A program made the translations under genes and the position numbers. The notes beneath the pieces are model-generated. The model was not told where the DNA came from and did not search any database. It worked only from the letters and a program-made list of their open reading frames with translations. Shown here in pieces: positions 58,755 to 64,000 of a stretch of DNA of 64,000 nucleotides. Source of the DNA: a virus; IMG/VR virus record IMGVR_UViG_3300045998_000148, positions 1 to 64,000 of that record. One strand, 5' to 3'. Position 1 is the stretch's first letter. Each line of letters begins with the position of its first letter.

Positions 58755-58783
58755 ACTGTATTCCAACTGCCCACAGTTGTCAA
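58755..58783 (-). promoter_or_regulatory. Sigma70-type promoter TTGACA-17-TACAGT with palindromic operator CAACTG-N4-CAGTTG
   Basis: -35 at 58783-58778, -10 at 58760-58755; inverted repeat at 58764-58779. Confidence 0.8.
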
Positions 58784-58850
58784 CGCCTGCCTACAGCTAT
58801 CTTTGTCCTGCTGATTTTGCAGCGCGATCGCCCCCGCTTCCGCCAGGGAT

Positions 58851-59053
58851 TTATTGTCTACTTACCGACTTTATTATCTATTTACCGACTTTATTATCTA
58901 TTTACCGACTTTATTATCTATTATTTGCCGAATTACCTACTTACCGACTTTATTATCTATTTACCGACTTTATTATCTATTTGCCGAAGTATTTATTTAC
59001 TGACTTTATTACCTACTTGCCAACTTTATTATCTATTTACCGACTTTATTATC
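58851..59053. repeat. AT-rich 20-bp tandem array (tttaccgactttattatcta) x~10, some copies degenerate
   Basis: Seen directly; no intervening spacers. Confidence 0.92.
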
Positions 59054-59074
59054 TTGCGTTTTTCAAAGAAAGCG

Positions 59075-60229
59075 CTAGTCGTTGAAAACTTCAGCAGGGT
59101 CGAGATATTCGAGTTCCGCCTGAATCTCCGAAATATCGCGTTCCTCGTGGGCGTGGGGGAATCCATTCTCGTCGAAACGATCGTCGCGTTCGGATTCGAC
59201 GATCGAGGGCAGGATATCGTTAGGGAGAAAAGAAGCGCCCGCCCCAGCGCGAATGCAATCGCGATCGATCTGATCGATCATCAGCTCGAAGACCTTATTC
59301 AACCCGATCGCTTCGAGGAAATTGCGCTTGGCGACCTCATTAGAGTCGTTATTCTGCCGGATCGCGTAGGCCAATTTACTAAGATGTCCCATCATCGCCC
59401 CGGTCTTGCTGAGCGTTTCGTTAGAAATTTCACCCTGACTCAACTGCGTCATCCAGACAGGCTCGATCGTCTCGTCGTACTTAACCTGCGGCAACAGGGT
59501 AGACAGGATGCCCTGAAAGCTCTCGTTCATCTGGCGGAGCCGCTTCCACTGCTCGATAAAAGCCTCGTAGAACTCTTCCAATTCCCGAATATAGGAGCGC
59601 TGCCTGTAGATACTCTCCCAAATCGGAACGTGCGACTCCATCCACTGCTTGAAAAACCGACCTCGATAAGCCCAAAAATAATTTTCGTACCACCGCACCG
59701 TTGTCCTGAGATGGCTCTCGACCTTGGCAGAAATATCGACCTCCAAATCGCAATTATAAAAAGCAATGTCATTTTTTACCTGCTTCAAGAACTCGATCGC
59801 GACGTATTTATAGCGCGGCATATTTTCGGGCAGCCGCTTGTAAAAACTAAAACAGTAAATCTTAAACGCCCGATACGCCGCCGCCGATTCGGTCGGATAG
59901 GGCGGAATGGGGAACTCGGCAAAAACAATTGACTTGTAATCCGAACGTGCAACGGCACGGGCGAGATTCCGATCGCCTGCAATGAAGCGAAGGGGATGCT
60001 CCTCCGGCAGCCCGCCGCCTGCACTATCGAGGTCGCCCGTATCGAGGCGATCCAAGACGCCTTCGTGGTGAAAGCCCAAATCCTCCGGCGATATCTGTAG
60101 GATATCCCGCCGCCGCGCACTGCCCTTTACTGCCCGTTCGCCGCCCTTCGCCTTGCGCCCTGCCGACTTCTCTTGCGAAGCAGGCGCTCCCGACCCCTCG
60201 CCGTATTCTTGCCGCCTAGATCGAGGCAT
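59075..60229 (-). CDS. Hypothetical protein, possible terminase small subunit
   Basis: PTESAAAYRAFKIYC resembles the ESxxAYxAF motif of some small terminases; coiled-coil C-terminal half. Confidence 0.4.
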   Translation of the reverse strand: MPRSRRQEYGEGSGAPASQEKSAGRKAKGGERAVKGSARRRDILQISPEDLGFHHEGVLDRLDTGDLDSAGGGLPEEHPLRFIAGDRNLARAVARSDYKSIVFAEFPIPPYPTESAAAYRAFKIYCFSFYKRLPENMPRYKYVAIEFLKQVKNDIAFYNCDLEVDISAKVESHLRTTVRWYENYFWAYRGRFFKQWMESHVPIWESIYRQRSYIRELEEFYEAFIEQWKRLRQMNESFQGILSTLLPQVKYDETIEPVWMTQLSQGEISNETLSKTGAMMGHLSKLAYAIRQNNDSNEVAKRNFLEAIGLNKVFELMIDQIDRDCIRAGAGASFLPNDILPSIVESERDDRFDENGFPHAHEERDISEIQAELEYLDPAEVFND

Positions 60230-60620
60230 TTTGACGCACCGCCCTTTTAACCTCTTCTTCCGTAAGACAGCTCGCCTTCTCCCCTCGCCACCGAGAGCGA
60301 TAAAGCCCGTCTAGCACCTCGCGGACGGTTTCAGCAACGGCATCCCCCTCCAACTCTCCAGGCGCGACCAGCCGATCCATCTCGGCGGGCGAGGCGATCG
60401 CGATGCGAACCGCGTACTTCGCGCCCTGCGGCATCGCGACCGCAAATTCATTGCGCCCCAAATCCTCGCTATCCAAATTTTCCAGCGCCTCTCCGATGGC
60501 CTGCCTCAATCGCAGCAAGCCGAGGCGATCGCCTACTATATACGCGCAAAACTCCTCGCCTTCCCCAAGGGGCGAGGCATAAACGTATAAAATATCGTCT
60601 CTCAATTTTTTGTATTTCAC
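60216..60620 (-). CDS. Hypothetical protein
   Basis: Probable GTG start at 60620; overlaps the next gene start. Confidence 0.55.
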   Translation of the reverse strand: MKYKKLRDDILYVYASPLGEGEEFCAYIVGDRLGLLRLRQAIGEALENLDSEDLGRNEFAVAMPQGAKYAVRIAIASPAEMDRLVAPGELEGDAVAETVREVLDGLYRSRWRGEKASCLTEEEVKRAVRQNASI

Positions 60621-60672
60621 CGCTATTTCCCTGCCACTCGTTTCGGCAATTATAGCCTCAAAAAAAACCCCC

Positions 60673-60701
60673 TTGACGATTTGGAGCGATCGCCGTACTA
60701 T
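60673..60701 (+). promoter_or_regulatory. Rightward promoter TTGACG-17-TACTAT
   Basis: ttgacg atttggagcgatcgccg tactat. Confidence 0.6.
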
Positions 60702-60854
60702 CTTGATGTCGAAAGACCGCAAAAAAGAATACAAATACATACTATGACCGAGATTGTTGCATCGTCCCTGCCCGTTTCGTCCCCATCAACGCAAAAGCGC
60801 CCAACCGATAGGCAGTTGAGACGCTTTGCAGGAAAAACTCGCGAGAAACAAGTC

Positions 60855-60890
60855 GTTTCCATTCAATTGGTATCCCCCCGAAGGGGAATT
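60855..60890 (-). CRISPR. Solitary CRISPR repeat unit (cyanobacterial type III-B-like); no array
   Basis: Minus strand AATTCCCCTTCGGGGGGATACCAATTGAATGGAAAC: a 5' hairpin plus the AATTGAxTGGAAAC tail of the cyanobacterial III-B repeat family. Confidence 0.6.
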
Positions 60891-61027
60891 TCAAAGTAGC
60901 CAACTATCAAGAGATCGACCGACGAAATCGAGGTATTTGGAGACTTTGACAACTTATGCAGCCCGTGTAGTAGCCGAATAAGCCGGAGCCGATAAGCTTT
61001 AGCCGAGGAGCTTCAGCAAATCTAAAA

Positions 61028-63229
61028 ATGATAGTAGCCGATAAGTTTACACCCTGTCAAGACATTGCCCTGCCGACCGATCGGACAGTGCGACTGCACG
61101 GCGGCATCCTGGCAGCAGGCGGCCCATATCTAAAGCTGTGGTACGCCCTGCGCTGGCTCGACACCAAAGGCAGCGGACGCCTCACCCTCCCCGCCAAGGC
61201 GATCGCCGACCTCTGCGGGCTATCGACCAAGACGCTGTACCGCCACCTACGCGAAGGCCGCGCCGTAGGAGCATTCCTGCGCTATCGCCTCAAGAAAGGC
61301 GTCCTGACCGTAGAAATGGGCAGCAGGGCGCGGCTGACGGTTCACCTCGGCATCGAAGACTGGGGCAACACCGCCAGCTACCCCATCGACGAATTTTTAA
61401 CAAATTTTTACACGATCGCGGCGACTCGCCTCACCGCCGCCGTCAAGCAAAAACAGGCTTACCATGCTGCCTGCCAGCAGCACGTTAAGGGAGTCGTGCC
61501 GCCAGAAAGCGCGATCGCGATGGCAAGAGAGCGGTGCGAACCCGGCGAGGTTTCCAAGTCCCCGACTGTCGAGGTTTCCTCGACAGCTCGTGCGGGACGC
61601 TCGCCAGGGGAAAGCGCACCAAGAGAAAGCCATGCGGAATCGGCGAAAACGGAAGACCTGCTCAGTACGAGCAAATCCCCCAGTAGCGAAGCAAACTCGC
61701 TTATAAAAATACGCTGTGAGAACGGGGATCAGCGGGTCGCGCACCATTTTCTCGACGTCCGCTTGCAAGAGTTCGATGGCGCTGAAGATATCTCAACGCA
61801 TCGAGACGACAGATCACCTCTATACCCGCGAAAGATAATAACGCCAGAACTTGTCAGTTTTCCCGATTGCGCGGAAAATACGGTCGATGACAGGCTCTCA
61901 TCCCAAGCGAATATCCCCCCTATCCATAGAGAGGAGTCTATGGAAAACGCCATTACCACGGCGTCAGTCTGGGGTTTTTTATTTGGAAAAAAGCGATTCT
62001 CAATAAGAGGAAAATCTTGTTTTTTTGCAAATGGAGCGGTACAAAGGCCGCCTGCAATTTTTTTCATTTCCAAAAAGAAAATCTTCGTTACGGGCAGTGC
62101 AAAGATCGCCGCTACTTCGCAAGAAAGTATCGCCGAGGCAATCGGGCGCTCAAAAAAAACGGTAAACAGGCACTTGAAGGCGGTTTTCAAGCGTCAGTAT
62201 TGCCAATCAAACCCGAAAGTATTTTCACAAATTCAGCGCCAAACTCGCACCGGAGAAACCTTCTACGACCCGGAAATCCTGGCTGAAATGACCCCAAACG
62301 GCGAAAAAGTAGCGCACTTGCGCGAAAAGATAGTACGTCGGGCGAGGTTGGAGAAGGGGCGCTGTTTCCAGTTCGAGGGCGAATTGGGCAGGGTTTTGGG
62401 CGATCGCAATGCTTTTATCAATAGACAGAGCATTTACGACCTACCCTATATCGTCCACAGCACGAGGACGGCAAAGCGGTACTTCCGGCGGAAATTCAAT
62501 GTTTCTGCCGTAGAAGGCTACAGTAACGACTTTAGGCTCAATCCCGAGCGCGATCGCCTCTGCCGCAGCAACCCCTTCCGAAGGGGTATCCCCTACCGGG
62601 GGATGTACGAGCATCACTTCGAGGCTTGCCAAACCCTTAAAGGAAGCGATGTTTCGGGAATTGCGACTGCCGAACTCGCTTCCGCCGAACTCGTTTCTGC
62701 CGCCCCGCCCGCAAAACCCGTCTCGCCTGCAAGAGGGGCAAAAGCCGCGATCGACACTCTCATCGCGGACACCGAGAGCGCCTTACAGGGGCTTCCTGAT
62801 TCAAAAGGTACTAACGCCTTGGCCGCAGCGAGGGAGGCGGTAAGGGCGGCATTCTACCGCTCGCAGGATGGCGATCGCGATTCCTTTAAAGCCCTCATCG
62901 AAGGGCGAATCGCCCTGCACTATTTCGACCTGACCGAAGGCGATCGCCAGCCCTTAATCGAAGCCCTGCTCGAAATTATTGCCGATTTCACGGCGAGGAC
63001 GGCGCTATTTCTCGCTCTAGCTCCCGAATGCTATGAACTATCGCCGAGCAGCGCGACCAATTTTGGACTGTGGGAAACTGAAGGTGTAGAGGGATGCGAT
63101 CGCTTACTCAATTCAATCGATTTTATTAATTTTTTTGAATATTTAATTTCGATTGGATTTTGTTTTGGGAAAGAGCTTGAAGTGCTGGCTTCCGCCGCTT
63201 GGAACTGGGGGAGCCGCAGCCTATCGTAA
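61028..63229 (+). CDS. Large HTH-containing protein, putative replication initiator
   Basis: Two HTH-like motifs (AKAIADLCGLSTKTLYRHL; SQESIAEAIGRSKKTVNRHL); the start may be GTG 61088. Confidence 0.55.
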   Translation: MIVADKFTPCQDIALPTDRTVRLHGGILAAGGPYLKLWYALRWLDTKGSGRLTLPAKAIADLCGLSTKTLYRHLREGRAVGAFLRYRLKKGVLTVEMGSRARLTVHLGIEDWGNTASYPIDEFLTNFYTIAATRLTAAVKQKQAYHAACQQHVKGVVPPESAIAMARERCEPGEVSKSPTVEVSSTARAGRSPGESAPRESHAESAKTEDLLSTSKSPSSEANSLIKIRCENGDQRVAHHFLDVRLQEFDGAEDISTHRDDRSPLYPRKIITPELVSFPDCAENTVDDRLSSQANIPPIHREESMENAITTASVWGFLFGKKRFSIRGKSCFFANGAVQRPPAIFFISKKKIFVTGSAKIAATSQESIAEAIGRSKKTVNRHLKAVFKRQYCQSNPKVFSQIQRQTRTGETFYDPEILAEMTPNGEKVAHLREKIVRRARLEKGRCFQFEGELGRVLGDRNAFINRQSIYDLPYIVHSTRTAKRYFRRKFNVSAVEGYSNDFRLNPERDRLCRSNPFRRGIPYRGMYEHHFEACQTLKGSDVSGIATAELASAELVSAAPPAKPVSPARGAKAAIDTLIADTESALQGLPDSKGTNALAAAREAVRAAFYRSQDGDRDSFKALIEGRIALHYFDLTEGDRQPLIEALLEIIADFTARTALFLALAPECYELSPSSATNFGLWETEGVEGCDRLLNSIDFINFFEYLISIGFCFGKELEVLASAAWNWGSRSLS
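61031..61060 (-). promoter_or_regulatory. Leftward promoter TTGACA-18-TACTAT pointing at the solitary repeat
   Basis: -35 at 61060-61055, -10 at 61036-61031. Confidence 0.6.
61524..61626. repeat. Family A element (reverse orientation) with a nested family B hairpin
   Basis: caagagagcggtgcgaacccggcgagg[...gactgtcgaggtttcctcgacagctcgtgcgggacg]ctcgccaggggaaagcgcaccaagaga. Confidence 0.85.
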
Positions 63230-63307
63230 AAGGAAGACATTTTTGAGAAAAAATCGGCCTTGCGCCCGCCGTGCTGCCACGCGGCAGCTTAGAGCGTCCG
63301 AACGCCG

Positions 63308-63811
63308 CTAGACGAGCAGGACGATCGTACAGCGGGGAGGCAGCTTGCGGTCGTAGCGAAGCCTGCCCCCCCACAAGGGGATGCAGTTGAGGTTGTCGTT
63401 GCGGAGGACGCCGCCCTGTACGAGGGCATCCCAAATGCCGCCCTCGACGTTATCGCCGTCCTGGGCGCGACTGCACTTGCCCGATAGCTCGATGAAAAGG
63501 CCGCTTGCCCTGGCGATGGGTTCGAGGCCGCCCTGTTCTCGGTATTGCACTCGCAGCTCCCAGGCGGCTTTTTCCTTCCACTGGCCGTACCCGCCCTGGT
63601 AGTAGGCGATCGAGCGACCGCCCGCCCTCGCAATTTGCGCCCGCTGTTTGGCGACTGGGTTTCCCTCCAGCTCGAAACGGTACGTCGCTGCCGGATTTCC
63701 TTCAGCGGCTAGCAGCGCCCGAAAAAAGGCGATCGTCCTGTCCGCCGTCCGGTCGAACGGCTTTCCTCCTGCCTTGCGCCTGCCGCCGCCCGTATATCTG
63801 GATCTATACAT
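63308..63811 (-). CDS. rusA: RusA-family Holliday junction resolvase
   Basis: GNPVAKQR, QDGDNVEGGIWDAL..GVLRNDN. Confidence 0.8.
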   Translation of the reverse strand: MYRSRYTGGGRRKAGGKPFDRTADRTIAFFRALLAAEGNPAATYRFELEGNPVAKQRAQIARAGGRSIAYYQGGYGQWKEKAAWELRVQYREQGGLEPIARASGLFIELSGKCSRAQDGDNVEGGIWDALVQGGVLRNDNLNCIPLWGGRLRYDRKLPPRCTIVLLV

Positions 63812-64000
63812 TCACCTGTCTGTGGCCTGCGCCCGTCCTACTTTTTTGGCGCAGTTCTTTTGTGGGAAGCTTGAGAGTTTCGAGCGCGTGCAAATAGGCT
63901 TGGTGAGCCTTATCGGGGGTAGGAAAACAGCCTAAATACAAGACCTTGCCATCGTGCCGGATCTGCGCCTTGAAGGGATTGAGTCGGCTGCGGTTCGGGC

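Larger units (their letters stand above)
2345..64000. mobile_element. Cyanobacterial siphovirus-like phage/prophage region (boundaries not defined; probably extends beyond the window)
   Basis: Terminase, prohead protease, major capsid, MuF, tape measure, endolysins, RusA and Gp157 are present. HIP1 GCGATCGC is abundant. No tail sheath, portal or integrase recognised. Confidence 0.9.

Noticed and set aside
58851-59053. CRISPR array next to the cas8-like gene
   Set aside because: The units are contiguous 20-mers with no unique spacers. The overlapping ORFs 58663-59085 and 58748-59932 are repeat or antisense shadows.
60744-60899. Small plus-strand ORF (MTEIVASS...) across the solitary repeat
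   Set aside because: No recognisable motif or RBS. It cannot be excluded given the rightward promoter, but it is not supported enough to call.

Overview
Almost the whole window (about 2.3-64 kb) is a large siphovirus-like phage or prophage of a cyanobacterial host. The evidence is very frequent HIP1 GCGATCGC octamers, a cyanobacterial-type DnaG and cyanobacterial-type SH3-like endolysin N-termini. It encodes a DUF2213 prohead protease/scaffold, a DUF2184-type major capsid protein, a decoration protein, DUF4054, MuF, a virion morphogenesis protein, a 2635-aa tape measure, terminase large subunit, two endolysins, a holin-like protein, DnaG, Gp157, RusA and several DNA-modification enzymes. A GAF/GGDEF gene pair lies at the left edge and may be host or phage cargo. 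No portal, integrase or att site is visible. The main candidates for new biology are: (1) four genes sharing five copies of an 'RxDA-[IV][IV]G-x-[KR]V-x-V-K...GG-YY-R-x-LP' leader followed by a hydrophobic helix, fused to different cargo domains (HipA/PI3-4-kinase-like, LRAT/NC, lipase-fold); RxD[AS] motifs also saturate the prohead protease and the capsid propeptide, suggesting a protease-processed capsid-cargo effector system; (2) an orphan, C-terminally short Cas8 (I-B MYXAN/Cmx1-like) at the end of an operon with an RHH-like regulator and a near-consensus promoter carrying a palindromic operator, resembling an acr-aca locus with a Cas8 decoy; (3) a solitary type III-B-like CRISPR repeat under its own promoter (candidate RNA anti-CRISPR); (4) a Tad1-like sponge protein; (5) a 51-bp structure-conserved hairpin element repeatedly inserted in frame into genes. 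All family assignments are from motif recognition by eye, not from database searches.
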